Shown here: piece by piece, positions 20,146 to 30,144 of the stretch
Position numbering within the stretch: position 1 is the stretch's first letter
Layout: every line of letters begins with the position of its first letter
Source: an uncultured Planctomycetaceae bacterium
GTDB taxonomy: Bacteria; Planctomycetota; Planctomycetia; Pirellulales; PNKZ01
Assembly (NCBI GenBank): GCA_964387325.1
Contig: CAYLYE010000001.1
Span: 19,453-83,452, forward strand
Length of the DNA: 64,000 nt
Direction: 5' to 3'
Made by a program: the position numbers and the translations under genes
The notes under the pieces: generated by a model
Told to the model about the DNA's origin: nothing
The model's database searches: none
Seen by the model: only the letters and a program-made list of their open reading frames with translations

Positions 20146-21939
20146 ATGGAATCGAGCTACGCACTCCTGCTCAGCGTTGTGGTCTTTCTGCCGGCGCTCG
20201 CCGCGTTGCTGCTGGCCTTTTTGCCAAAAGACCAGCCCGAGGCGATCAAGGGCGTGAGCTTGGCCGCTACCGTAATCGTGTTTCTCATCACGGCCTGGAT
20301 GGCGATACCGGCCAATAGTGCGACGGGTCAGTTTCAGCTCGGCACGCACGAACTGCAAAACGCCTTCTCGATCTCGTGGGTGCCGTCGTTCAATATCTAC
20401 TACTTCCTCGGCCTCGACGGGATCAGCTTTCCGCTGCTCGTACTGACCTCGTTCTCCTGCATGTTCGCGATGGGGGCCAGCTGGAACATCCAGAAGCACA
20501 TCAAAGCCTACTGCATTCTGTTCCTGCTTCTCGAGACCGGCATGCTCGGCGTCTTTATGGCGCTCGACTTCTTCCTGTTCTACGTGTTCTGGGAAGTCAT
20601 GTTGCTGCCGATGTATTTTCTCATCGGCGTCTGGGGTGGCCCGCGCCGCGAGTACGCCGCGATCAAGTTCTTTCTGTACACGTTGCTCGGCAGCGTGTTC
20701 ATGCTCATCGCCATTTTGATGATCTATTTCAAGAGCGATCTCGTCACACTCGCCACGACCGAAGGCTTCGGCGTCGACGCCCCGGCCTGGAAGCAATTGC
20801 ACCTGCACGACGACGTGACCAAGCAGGTGAAGACAGCGCTCGAGAAGGGGGACAAGACCCCGGTCCATACGTTCAACATCATGGCGCTGGCCAAGATGGG
20901 ACAAAAGACCGCCCTGTTCACTCAGCCTCTGTTCGCCAAGGAATATGCCGAATGGCCCCTGGGTGATAAGAACATCCAATGGTGGGCGTTCCTGCTACTC
21001 TTCATGGGCTTTTTGATCAAGGTGCCCGGCGTGCCGGTGCATACCTGGTTGCCCGACGCGCACGTCGAGGCCCCGACCCCCATCTCGATGCTGCTGGCTG
21101 GTGTGCTTCTGAAGATGGGTGGCTACGGCATCTTGCGTATCTGCTATCCGATCTGTCCTGACGGAGCTTACGATCTGTCGTACTTCGTTTGTTTTATCGG
21201 CGTGTTGAGCATGGTCTACGGCGCCTTCGCCGCCTTGGCTCAAAAAGACTTCAAGCGGCTGGTCGCCTACAGCTCGGTCAGTCACATGGGCTACGTCGTG
21301 CTGGGTATCGGCGTGTGGAGCGCGACCGAAGGCAATCTGTACAACCCCGACTACTGGTCGATGGGCATGAACGGCGCGATGTTCCAAATGCTGGCTCACG
21401 GCATCAGTTCGCCCGGCATGTTCTTTATGGTCGGCGTGATTTACGACCGCGTGCATCATCGCAACCTCGACGAGTTCGGCGGCCTGTTCGGTCGCATGCC
21501 GGTCTATACCGCCTTGGCCTGGGGTATTTTCTTCGCCGGCTTGGGTCTCCCGGGCCTGTGCGGGTTCATCGGTGAAGTGTTTGTCACGCTCAGCGTGTGG
21601 AACTTCAGCAAGACGCTCGCCGTCATCTCAGCCGCCACGGTGATCCTCACCGCCGGCTACATCCTCTGGATGTTGCAGCGTGTCTACCTGGGCCCCGAAT
21701 ACAAGGGCCCGCACGGCGAGCACATCACCCCGATGACGGTGCGCGAGTTTTCGATCGCCGCGCCGTTGCTGGCGTTTGCCATTTTGTTTGGCGTGGCGCC
21801 GAATCTGCTCTTCAAGTACATCACGCCAACCGTGAACCAACTGGCGGTTGACTTGCGCGACTGGACCGAGAACGTCAAGCCGACCATCAACTTGCAGCGG
21901 CACTCGGCCAGCAGCGCCGTGGCCAGCAAGCAACCCTAG
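20146..21939 (+). CDS. nuoM: NADH-quinone oxidoreductase subunit M (expanded)
   Basis: 597 aa. NuoM motifs are present (FYVFWEVMLLPMYFLIGVWGG, HTWLPDAHVEAPTPISMLLAGVLLKMGGYG). It carries a hydrophilic insertion of about 80 aa. Confidence 0.95.
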   Translation: MESSYALLLSVVVFLPALAALLLAFLPKDQPEAIKGVSLAATVIVFLITAWMAIPANSATGQFQLGTHELQNAFSISWVPSFNIYYFLGLDGISFPLLVLTSFSCMFAMGASWNIQKHIKAYCILFLLLETGMLGVFMALDFFLFYVFWEVMLLPMYFLIGVWGGPRREYAAIKFFLYTLLGSVFMLIAILMIYFKSDLVTLATTEGFGVDAPAWKQLHLHDDVTKQVKTALEKGDKTPVHTFNIMALAKMGQKTALFTQPLFAKEYAEWPLGDKNIQWWAFLLLFMGFLIKVPGVPVHTWLPDAHVEAPTPISMLLAGVLLKMGGYGILRICYPICPDGAYDLSYFVCFIGVLSMVYGAFAALAQKDFKRLVAYSSVSHMGYVVLGIGVWSATEGNLYNPDYWSMGMNGAMFQMLAHGISSPGMFFMVGVIYDRVHHRNLDEFGGLFGRMPVYTALAWGIFFAGLGLPGLCGFIGEVFVTLSVWNFSKTLAVISAATVILTAGYILWMLQRVYLGPEYKGPHGEHITPMTVREFSIAAPLLAFAILFGVAPNLLFKYITPTVNQLAVDLRDWTENVKPTINLQRHSASSAVASKQP

Positions 21940-22003
21940 ACTGAGCCCCCGCACAGACGATCGCAACAGTTAAATAGGACGCGAGCCCCGAAAGATCGAC
22001 ACC

Positions 22004-23740
22004 GTGGATCAACTCACCTTTCATCAACTGCTCAGCAACTTCCAGAGCGACACGCTCCGTTCGCTCTGTGGAGCCGATGGGCACAATGGCTTTTTGCCCG
22101 AGTTGATTATCGCGGCCACCATCGTGCTGATGCTCTTGGTGCGGATTCCGTCCTGGGGACGTCGGGTCAACGCCTTTTACGTCGCTTTGCCCGGCTCGCT
22201 CGTGGCCCTGTATCTGGCCGCCCCTTGGTTCTATCTCGCCGCTGATGGCCACCTCACCAGCACGTCGCTCTTCGGCGGCATGCTCGTGCTCGATCCGCTC
22301 ACGGTCTACTTTCGCGGTGTGCTGCTGGTCTTCTTGTCGTTGTTCCTGGTCTTCACGCGGCTCTCAGGCATCCCCGACCGTGAAGACGGCCCCGACATTT
22401 ACACGCTGGTGCTTGGCGCGACGCTGGGCATGCTCGTGATGGCCAGCGCCAATCATCTGTTCATGATCTTCATGGGGGTCGAGATGGCCAGCGTGCCGTC
22501 TTATGCTCTGGCCGGCATCCTCAAGGGGCGCCGCACCAGCAGCGAAGCGGCGCTCAAGTACTCGGTCTACGGCGCTGGTGCCTCGGGTGTCATGCTCTAC
22601 GGCATCAGCTTGCTTGCCGGCGCGCTGGGTACGTTCCACCTCCCCACGATCGTGCAACAACTCGCCACCCTCTCGCCCGAACTGCTCGCCGAGCGGCAAA
22701 CGCTGCTCGTCTCCGGCGGCTTGATGCTCACCGTGGGCTTGGCGTTCAAGCTCTCGGCCGTGCCGTTCCACTTCTGGTGCCCCGACGTGTTCGAAGGGGC
22801 CTCGGCCGAAGTGGACGCGTTCCTTTCGGTGGCCTCGAAGGCAGCCGCCTTGGCGCTGCTCGTGCGCGTCGCGGTCGGTTTCGGCTCGCTCCCGCATCCG
22901 CCCGGTGGTGCTCACATCACCGCGCAAAACGCCTCGTCCGTGGTCCGTGTTTCCTACGCGGCCGACAAACCTGGGGCGGATAAATCGACGCCCGACAAAC
23001 CGGCGGCCAAAACGCCAACCGTCGCAGCACTCGAAACTCCCCCGGGCTTAGCCAAGGCGCGGCATTTCATGGTCGGGGTCATTAGTCTGCTGGCCGCGAT
23101 CACCACCACCTTTGGCAACCTCGCCGCCTATGGTCAGAAAAACATCAAGCGCCTGCTCGCCTATTCGACCATCGCCCATGCGGGCTACATGATGATGCCC
23201 GTCGCGGCCGCCTTGACGGTCGCCGGCACAGATCCGGCCTTGGCCGAGCAGTGTATCTCGGCCGTCTGTTTCTACATCGGCGTCTATCTGTTCATGAATC
23301 TGGGCGTGTTTGCCATCGTGGCCTTTATACGTAATGAGACCCGCAGCGAAACGCTCGACTCGTATGCCGGTCTGATCCACCGCGCCCCGGGCGTGGTCAT
23401 CTGCCTGGGCACCATCATGATCAGCCTGTTGGGCCTCCCGCCGCTCAGCGGATTCATCGCCAAGCTGCAAGTGTTCAACGCGCTGAACTCGGCCGGCTTG
23501 TATCTACTGCTCGTCATCGGCGGCTTGAACACGGTCGTCAGCCTGTTCTACTACTTGGGCGTCGTGAAGGTGATGACGATCGACCCCGAGCCGCAAGACC
23601 CGCTGCCGGTCAATATCTCGATGTGGTCCCCCGCCGGCGTGTTTATGGTCCTGGTTACGCTTCCATCGTTGCTGTTGGGTATTTGGTGGGATCAACTCAA
23701 TCGCTGGGCGCTCGCCGCGACCGGTCATTTATTCTGGTAA
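22004..23740 (+). CDS. nuoN: NADH-quinone oxidoreductase subunit N (expanded)
   Basis: 578 aa with a GTG start. It has the NuoN pattern (GVEMASVPSYALAG, PFHFWCPDVFEGASAEV, KRLLAYSTIAHAGYMM) and a Pro/Ala/Lys-rich insertion of about 70 aa. Confidence 0.9.
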   Translation: MDQLTFHQLLSNFQSDTLRSLCGADGHNGFLPELIIAATIVLMLLVRIPSWGRRVNAFYVALPGSLVALYLAAPWFYLAADGHLTSTSLFGGMLVLDPLTVYFRGVLLVFLSLFLVFTRLSGIPDREDGPDIYTLVLGATLGMLVMASANHLFMIFMGVEMASVPSYALAGILKGRRTSSEAALKYSVYGAGASGVMLYGISLLAGALGTFHLPTIVQQLATLSPELLAERQTLLVSGGLMLTVGLAFKLSAVPFHFWCPDVFEGASAEVDAFLSVASKAAALALLVRVAVGFGSLPHPPGGAHITAQNASSVVRVSYAADKPGADKSTPDKPAAKTPTVAALETPPGLAKARHFMVGVISLLAAITTTFGNLAAYGQKNIKRLLAYSTIAHAGYMMMPVAAALTVAGTDPALAEQCISAVCFYIGVYLFMNLGVFAIVAFIRNETRSETLDSYAGLIHRAPGVVICLGTIMISLLGLPPLSGFIAKLQVFNALNSAGLYLLLVIGGLNTVVSLFYYLGVVKVMTIDPEPQDPLPVNISMWSPAGVFMVLVTLPSLLLGIWWDQLNRWALAATGHLFW

Positions 23741-23762
23741 TGGGCCGCGTGGAGAAACCTCA

Positions 23763-24194
23763 ATGAGCGACACGCGGACGATCGACGTGCTGAACCGGTT
23801 GCTGGCGATTCTCTATCGCTCGTTGCCCATGTACCTGACGGACGCGGTTCCCTGGGTGCATCACGGTGACGAAAAAGCCGCCACCACGCTCAAGCATGTC
23901 GTCTCCGATCAGCGACAGTTCGTGGCTCGTATCATCGCCACGATCCAGGATCGCGGTGGTGGTTTTGATCTCGGCGGCTACCCGATGGACTTCACCGACA
24001 CGCACGGCCTGTCACTCGACTTTATGCTCCGCGACTTGATCCGCTGGCAACGCTTCGACATTCACCGCATCGAGCCGCTGGTCGACGAGCTGGGGGCCGA
24101 TCGCTCGGCCCGCGAACTCGTGCAAGAAGCTCTCGGCTCGGCCCGGGCTCATCTCGAAGCGTTCCAAGAGCTGGCCGCTCAGCCGTCGCTGTAA
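23763..24194 (+). CDS. hypothetical helical protein (ferritin-like/DinB-like four-helix pattern?)
   Basis: 143 aa, starting 22 nt after the nuoN stop on the same strand. It is predicted all-helical. I could not assign a family. Confidence 0.55.
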   Translation: MSDTRTIDVLNRLLAILYRSLPMYLTDAVPWVHHGDEKAATTLKHVVSDQRQFVARIIATIQDRGGGFDLGGYPMDFTDTHGLSLDFMLRDLIRWQRFDIHRIEPLVDELGADRSARELVQEALGSARAHLEAFQELAAQPSL

Positions 24195-24201
24195 AAATAA
24201 T

Positions 24202-24290
24202 CGTTTTCGGTTCAGGGTCGATCGCGCTCACCAAGCGCATGCACCTCATGTCCTCTCCCAACCGAGAACTGAAAACCGAAAACCGAGAAC
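24202..24290. repeat. copy of the GTTTTCGG-family element (partial arm plus full inverted arm)
   Basis: cgttttcggttcag lies at 24202-24215 and ccgagaactgaaaaccgaaaaccgagaac at 24262-24290. The element starts 8 nt after the stop of the upstream gene. Confidence 0.7.
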
Positions 24291-25099
24291 CTCTCATCCT
24301 TCGCCCCTCGTCCCTCGCTCCACTCTTCGACACCCATTGCCATCTCGACCAAGACGGCTTCGACACCGATCGCGACGAGGTGATCGCTCGTGCCGCAGAG
24401 GCGGGGGTCGTCGCGGCGGTCACGATCGGCGTCACGGCCGCGAGCAGCGCTCGCAACGTGGAACTGGCCGCGCAGTACGAACTATTGTACGCCGCGGTCG
24501 GTATTCAACCGAACTACACGGCTCAAGTCGAGCCCGGCGACTGGGAGCGGATCGTCGCATTGGCTCGCTCACCGCGTGTCGTCGCGATCGGTGAGACCGG
24601 CTTGGACCGCTACTGGAACGACAGTCCACTCGCGGTGCAGCAAGATTACTTCGATCGCCATTTGCGGCTCTCCCAACAAATGCAGTTGCCGTTCATCGTT
24701 CATACCCGTCAAAGCGATACCGAAGTGCTCGACATGCTCCGTGAAGCACGGCGCCGCGGACCGCTCTGCGGCGTGATGCACTCGTTCACCGGCTCGCTCG
24801 ACACGGCGGCCGAGTGCGTCGAGCTGGGAATGCACATCAGCTTTGCCGGGATGGTGTCGTACAAAAAGAACGACGAACTGCGGCAGGTCGCCGCGGCGGT
24901 GCGTGCTGATCGCCTACTCATCGAGACCGACAGCCCTTATCTATCTCCCCAGGCTGTGCGTGGCCGGCGAAACGAGCCCGCCCATGTTGTCTATACCGCC
25001 GAGTGCTTGGCCCAGGTGCGCGGCGTCTCGCTCGCTGAACTCGCCGCTCAAACCACGCTCAACGCCCGGCTACTCTTCGGCCTCGCCGCGTCGGTCTGA
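24239..25099 (+). CDS. tatD: TatD-family metal-dependent hydrolase
   Basis: 286 aa with the FDTHCHLD metal-binding motif, then GETGLD, HTR, HSF and ETDSPYL. The first ~30 codons include a copy of a dispersed repeat, and no other in-frame ATG/GTG/TTG lies upstream of HCH. Confidence 0.9.
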   Translation: MHLMSSPNRELKTENREPLILRPSSLAPLFDTHCHLDQDGFDTDRDEVIARAAEAGVVAAVTIGVTAASSARNVELAAQYELLYAAVGIQPNYTAQVEPGDWERIVALARSPRVVAIGETGLDRYWNDSPLAVQQDYFDRHLRLSQQMQLPFIVHTRQSDTEVLDMLREARRRGPLCGVMHSFTGSLDTAAECVELGMHISFAGMVSYKKNDELRQVAAAVRADRLLIETDSPYLSPQAVRGRRNEPAHVVYTAECLAQVRGVSLAELAAQTTLNARLLFGLAASV

Positions 25100-25175
25100 A
25101 TGTTCCGATTGGACTCGCTCCGGTACACTAAATAGCGGAGCGAGACATGGCACAGCCGGTTGGATCGTTATCGTG

Positions 25176-27356
25176 ATGGAATTCTTGAATCCGAGTTTGC
25201 TACTAGGGGCGGGCTTCGTCAGCGTCCCGGTGGTGCTGCACCTGATCATGCGACAGCGCCCACGGCAGCTCGAGTTTCCGGCGCTCCGATTTGTCCGCCA
25301 AGCACAAGAACTCAACCGCCGCACGATGCGGTTGCGACACTGGCTGCTGCTGCTGTTACGCATGGCGGCCATCGGCCTGCTGGCGCTCGCGCTGGCGCGA
25401 CCGAGTATGCAGACCGGCCCGGGCGCGTCGTTGGCGTTCTTCGCCGATCGTGAATCGCCTGTCGCGGCCGCCCTGATCATCGACACCATGCCGCACATGC
25501 TCTACCGGCACGACAACCTCACGCGGCTCGAAGCGGCTCAGGAGATGTCGGCCTGGCTGCTAGGTCAGCTCCCCTCCGACAGTCAGGTGAGCATCGTCGA
25601 CGGCGACACGAGCGAGGCCGTGTTCCAGGTCGACCTCGGTGCGGCGCGGCAACGTATCTCGCGGCTCGAGAGCAGCGCCACGGCACGGAGCGTCGCCCAG
25701 CTGCTGAGCGCCGCGGTCGAGTTGCTCCGCTCGAGCGCCTTGCGACGCGAGCTGTACGTGTTCACCGATCTGAGCCGAGCCAGTTGGCCCGCCGACACGC
25801 AGTCCGTCGTCGAGCGGCTCCGCGCCGATTTGTCGAGCATCGGTGTCTACGTGATCGACGTGGGGGTGACTGAGCCGCAGAATTTTTCGCTCGGCGAGTT
25901 GCGGCTCTCCGGTCAGGTGCTCTCCCGCAACAGTCCGTTGAGCGTCACGGTCGATGTGTCGAGCGTTGGAGTGGCGGGGCGCAAAACGATCGAGTCGTTC
26001 ATCCTGGGACGTGCCACGGACCAGGGCGCGGATCTGCCGCCGCTCGAAAAACGGGCCGTCGAAACGGTCGACGTGGGACCCAACAGCGCGCAGCTCGTCG
26101 AACTCAAGATCGGCGCCTTGGAGCCAGGCACGCGACAAGGGGTCGTCCGTATCGCCGGCGGAGATGGCCTGCCGACCGATAATGAGCGGTACTTCACCAT
26201 CGAGGTGCGGCAGGCTTGGCGCATCTTGGTCGCCGCGCCCCCGCCTGCTGATCGGCAAGCGTATTTTTACACGCAGGCCGTGGCTCCGGCGCTGTTCCGC
26301 CAGAACGGCCAGGCCCGGTTCGATTGTCACCTCGTCGAGTTCGCCGCGCTCGCCGCGCAGCCGCTCGACGAGTTCGCCGCCGTCGTACTGCTCAACCCAC
26401 CGCCACTGGCGAATGATGTGTGGAACAAACTCACGACCTTCGCGCTCGGTGGCGGTGGCGTAGCCGTGTGTCTGGGAGAGAACGCCACACAGCGCGAGAG
26501 CTTCAATCAAAGTGCGGCACAAGAGCTGCTGCCCGGCCCTCTCGACGCGATCGCCCGCTTCCCGCTGGGTGATGTGCATCTACAGACCGACGATCGCCCA
26601 CACCCGTTGTTGAGCAAGTTCCGACCTCTGCGTGACGCCATTCCTTGGGAAGACTTTCCCGTGTATCGCTATTGGCGTTTTGCCGAGTTGACCCCTGGCA
26701 GCGACGTGGCCTGCGCGTACAGCAACGATAAGCCGGCGATCATCGAGCGGACCGTAGGACAAGGTCGCTCGCTGGTCGTGACGACGCCGCTCAGCGAGCC
26801 GCCGCAACTACGCGATCGGGACCGGTGGAATTTGCTCCCCAGCGGACTCGAGCCTTGGCCGTTTGTGATGTTGGCCAACGAGTTGACCTTGTACCTGGTG
26901 GGGAGCCGCGACGAGCAGTTGAACTATCTGCCCGCCCAGACCGCCGTGTTACGTTTAGAGCCGGGGGAGCGTCTCAGCACGTACAATCTTTTCACGCCCC
27001 GGGGCGATAGCCTGCGCCGTAATTTGCCGCCGCAGCAGACGAGTATCATCGAGTCGACCACCACGCAGGTGGGCAACTATCGCCTCGAAGCCGGCGGCGC
27101 GCAGGGGGGCGTGCGCCGCGGGTTCTCGGTGAATCTGCCGACCGACGCGACCCGGCTCGATCGTGTCTCTCGGGATGATTTGAAGGCTTACTTTGGTTCG
27201 TTGAGCGTGCGCGTCGCCACGACCCGTGAGCAAATCGAGCGCGATGTGAGCACGCAGCGAGTGGGACACGAGTTGTTCGGGCTGCTCATCGGCGTCGTGG
27301 CCATCGTGCTGGGCTGCGAACATGTGCTCGCCAACCGTTTTTATCGACAGGGGTGA
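25176..27356 (+). CDS. BatA-type (N-terminal double-TM 'aerotolerance' domain) membrane protein
   Basis: I prefer the ATG at 25176 (MEFLNPSLLLGAGFVSVPVVLHLIMRQRPRQLEFPALRF). This is the characteristic BatA/TIGR02226-type N-terminus. The listed ORF start at 24843 overlaps tatD. There is also a C-terminal TM helix. Confidence 0.8.
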   Translation: MEFLNPSLLLGAGFVSVPVVLHLIMRQRPRQLEFPALRFVRQAQELNRRTMRLRHWLLLLLRMAAIGLLALALARPSMQTGPGASLAFFADRESPVAAALIIDTMPHMLYRHDNLTRLEAAQEMSAWLLGQLPSDSQVSIVDGDTSEAVFQVDLGAARQRISRLESSATARSVAQLLSAAVELLRSSALRRELYVFTDLSRASWPADTQSVVERLRADLSSIGVYVIDVGVTEPQNFSLGELRLSGQVLSRNSPLSVTVDVSSVGVAGRKTIESFILGRATDQGADLPPLEKRAVETVDVGPNSAQLVELKIGALEPGTRQGVVRIAGGDGLPTDNERYFTIEVRQAWRILVAAPPPADRQAYFYTQAVAPALFRQNGQARFDCHLVEFAALAAQPLDEFAAVVLLNPPPLANDVWNKLTTFALGGGGVAVCLGENATQRESFNQSAAQELLPGPLDAIARFPLGDVHLQTDDRPHPLLSKFRPLRDAIPWEDFPVYRYWRFAELTPGSDVACAYSNDKPAIIERTVGQGRSLVVTTPLSEPPQLRDRDRWNLLPSGLEPWPFVMLANELTLYLVGSRDEQLNYLPAQTAVLRLEPGERLSTYNLFTPRGDSLRRNLPPQQTSIIESTTTQVGNYRLEAGGAQGGVRRGFSVNLPTDATRLDRVSRDDLKAYFGSLSVRVATTREQIERDVSTQRVGHELFGLLIGVVAIVLGCEHVLANRFYRQG

Positions 27357-27359
27357 TCG

Positions 27360-29606
27360 GTGACGAACCTGTCGTGGAATCCGGTCGGGAGTTACTCGCT
27401 GGTCGCGATCATGACCGGCATTTTACTTGTATTGCTGTGGCTGGGACCGCTGCGCGACAAGGTCACTCGAGCGCGTCGTGCGACTCTGGTCGCGCTGCGA
27501 TTGGCGATCATCGCGCTCGTGGCTCTGGCGATGCTCCGCCCAGCGTTGGTTTATTCTCGCATCATGAAACAGCCCTCGACGCTGATCATGTTGCTCGACG
27601 GCTCGCGGAGCATGCAAGTAGCCGACACGGCGGGCAACCGGTCGCGCTACGAAGCCATGCAGCAAGCGGTACAAGACGCCTGGCCGCGGCTCCGGTCGTT
27701 GTCGCAAGACATGCAAGTCAAGCTGTTCACCTTCGCCGACGAAGCGACTCCGCTCGCGCTCGACGAACAGCCACAGTGGGACGATCCGCCGCGCGGCGAG
27801 CAAACGGCCATCGGCGCGGTGCTCGAAGATCTGCTTCGCCGCGAGGCCGGTCAACGCCTGGCAGGTATCGTGCTGGTGGGGGACGGTGCGCAGCAAGCTC
27901 GACCTCCGCGCGACATTGCCCCGCAGATCGCGGCCCGACGCTTGGCCGACATGGGCTATCGGTTTTTTGCCGTCCCGTTGGGACAAGATCGTTCGTTGGG
28001 CCAAACGCGCGATGTGGCCATCGAGCAACTGCGGAGCGACACCGAAGTGTTCGTCAAAAATCGTCTGGCGATCGACGCCCAAGGACGATTCGATGGCTTT
28101 ACGAACCAAAAAGTCGGCGTGCAACTGCTCTTCGAGAAGACCCCGGGCAAGATGGAGGTCGTCGACGCGCAGCAGCTTCAACCCACGGTCGAGGGACAGC
28201 GTGTGCCGCTGCATTTTGAGCTGACGCCTGACACGCCCGGCGAGTTCAAGGTCACGTTGCTCGCGGTGCCGCTAGAGGGCGAGCTGGTCACGACCAACAA
28301 TCAGATGAGCACATTCATCACGGTGCGGGCCGGCGGCCTGAACGTGCTCTATCTGGAAGGGGTTGCTCGCGTGGAGCAAAAATTTCTCCGCCGAGCGCTC
28401 GATTATTCGCCCGACATTCGCGTCGACTATGTGCGTATCGATCCGCGTAATAAGTCGACGCGCCCCAGCGATTTGCTCGAACGATTTCAGCCAGGCAAAT
28501 ACAACGTGATCCTGCTCGGCGACCTGGATGCGCGTGCGTTCACCAGCGAGGAAATGCAGGCGCTCGCCGTCATGGTCGAACGGGGCGCGGGTCTGATGCT
28601 GCTCGGCGGCTTGCACAGCTATGGTCCTGGCGGCTACGCGCCCACGCCGCTCGCGCCACTCGTGCCGATCATTATGGATCCGCTCGAGCGGCAGAACTTC
28701 GACGAGCCGATTCGTCGCGACGTGCATCTGACCGTGCCGACGCGCTTGACGCCGACCCGCGTGGGAGCGTCGCAAGGATTTCTCCGTCTGGAGAGCAAAG
28801 CCGATCCGGCCACCATGTGGTCGCGGCTCCCGCCGCTCGACGGCGCGAATCGGTTCAAGTCATTGAAGCCCAGGGCGCTCGCGTTGCTGGAGAGCGAGCA
28901 GGGGGACCCGTTGTTGGTGGCCAAAGATTATGGCTTGGGGCGTGTATTGGCCTTCGCCGGAGACTCGACTTGGCATTGGCCGATGGCCGGCTACGCTGAC
29001 CCTCACCGGCGATTTTGGCGGCAGGTGGTCTTGTGGCTGGCGCGGAAAGACCAGACCCACGAGGGACGGGTGTGGATCTCGCTCGATCAGCGACGATTCT
29101 CGCCGGGCGCGCGGGTCGAGTTCGATCTGGGCGCGCAGGCTCCCGAGGGGGACCCGATCACCGATGCCACCTTCACCATCGAGGTCGTCACTCCCGACGG
29201 TCGCAAGCTCAGCGGTCGCGTGCAACGACAGAATGATCAGCAGCGAGGCGTGTTCCTCGAATCGCTCACGAGCGGCGACTACACGATCCGCGTGGCAGCG
29301 ACGCGCGGCAACTCCCCCTTGGGCGTGGCGCAGGCTCGGTTTTTGGTTTACGACCAAGATTTGGAACTCGAAAACCCGGCCGCCGATCGCGGCACACTCG
29401 ACGCCCTAGCCAAAATGACCGGCGGTAAACTGGTCGCCCCTGAACAACTGGGAGAACTGCTCGATGAAATTCGCGATTCGCTCCGCCAATGGGAGGTGAC
29501 CATCGAGGACAAGCGGACCCTCTGGGACACCTGGCCTTTTTTCAGCGCGCTGATCGCGCTACTGAGCGGCGAATGGTTCTTGCGCAAGCGTTGGGGACTC
29601 GTGTAG
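27360..29606 (+). CDS. membrane protein with vWA-like and glutamine-amidotransferase-like domains
   Basis: 748 aa with a GTG start 4 nt after the previous stop. It has N-terminal TM helices, the MIDAS-like LIMLLDGSRSM motif, and a C-terminal TM helix (WPFFSALIALLSGEWFL). This is the usual partner of BatA-type proteins in planctomycetes. Confidence 0.75.
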   Translation: MTNLSWNPVGSYSLVAIMTGILLVLLWLGPLRDKVTRARRATLVALRLAIIALVALAMLRPALVYSRIMKQPSTLIMLLDGSRSMQVADTAGNRSRYEAMQQAVQDAWPRLRSLSQDMQVKLFTFADEATPLALDEQPQWDDPPRGEQTAIGAVLEDLLRREAGQRLAGIVLVGDGAQQARPPRDIAPQIAARRLADMGYRFFAVPLGQDRSLGQTRDVAIEQLRSDTEVFVKNRLAIDAQGRFDGFTNQKVGVQLLFEKTPGKMEVVDAQQLQPTVEGQRVPLHFELTPDTPGEFKVTLLAVPLEGELVTTNNQMSTFITVRAGGLNVLYLEGVARVEQKFLRRALDYSPDIRVDYVRIDPRNKSTRPSDLLERFQPGKYNVILLGDLDARAFTSEEMQALAVMVERGAGLMLLGGLHSYGPGGYAPTPLAPLVPIIMDPLERQNFDEPIRRDVHLTVPTRLTPTRVGASQGFLRLESKADPATMWSRLPPLDGANRFKSLKPRALALLESEQGDPLLVAKDYGLGRVLAFAGDSTWHWPMAGYADPHRRFWRQVVLWLARKDQTHEGRVWISLDQRRFSPGARVEFDLGAQAPEGDPITDATFTIEVVTPDGRKLSGRVQRQNDQQRGVFLESLTSGDYTIRVAATRGNSPLGVAQARFLVYDQDLELENPAADRGTLDALAKMTGGKLVAPEQLGELLDEIRDSLRQWEVTIEDKRTLWDTWPFFSALIALLSGEWFLRKRWGLV

Positions 29607-29829
29607 AGCACTTCGCAGGGCTCATTAACCGGCACGGAAGTTATTTACCTAAGTTTATTCGTATAAATCATTTGCGAACAAACACTGCCTCCTGATGACG
29701 GCATTTGATTCAGTAAAATTCGCTCGACATGGCTAATGAGCCGATGTATAAGGTAGTTCTGATACCTCGCCTGCCATCCCACCCTCAGCTAGCATCCCTC
29801 CCGAGTGACTCGCTAGGAGCGCCCCTGCC

Positions 29830-30135
29830 ATGGAACAGAAGTACGAAGGCACCCCGCACGCCGAAATTCGTCTCGAAGGTCGTCGCATGGTGCGCGGTGA
29901 TGTGACCAACGATTGGGGCTTGCGTCTGCAATGGGTCGTCAGCCGCGACGGCAAAGTCGTGGGGACGGCCAATGCTCGCCCCGACTCGAGTTACGAACAC
30001 GCCGACACAACCCCCGGCCAGTACGAAGTTGTGTTGCAGATGTGGAAGTACGTCGACTATCGCAAGACGCCCGACGGTCAGTTCGTGAACAGCAAGTACG
30101 TCGACGTGTCGAACAAGGTCAGCTACACGATTTAA
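29830..30135 (+). CDS. hypothetical small protein
   Basis: 101 aa. It follows an AT-rich, promoter-like intergenic region and is followed within 10 nt by a dispersed repeat. No family recognised. Confidence 0.5.
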   Translation: MEQKYEGTPHAEIRLEGRRMVRGDVTNDWGLRLQWVVSRDGKVVGTANARPDSSYEHADTTPGQYEVVLQMWKYVDYRKTPDGQFVNSKYVDVSNKVSYTI

Positions 30136-30144
30136 GTTGTGTGA

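Noticed and set aside
18747-20979. 465-aa and 356-aa minus-strand ORFs
   Set aside because: They are antisense to nuoL and nuoM, which are unambiguous. Their products are Arg/His/Asp-rich with no motifs.
24843-25175. N-terminal 111-codon extension of the BatA-type ORF
   Set aside because: It overlaps the tatD coding region in another frame. The canonical BatA N-terminus begins at the internal ATG at 25176.
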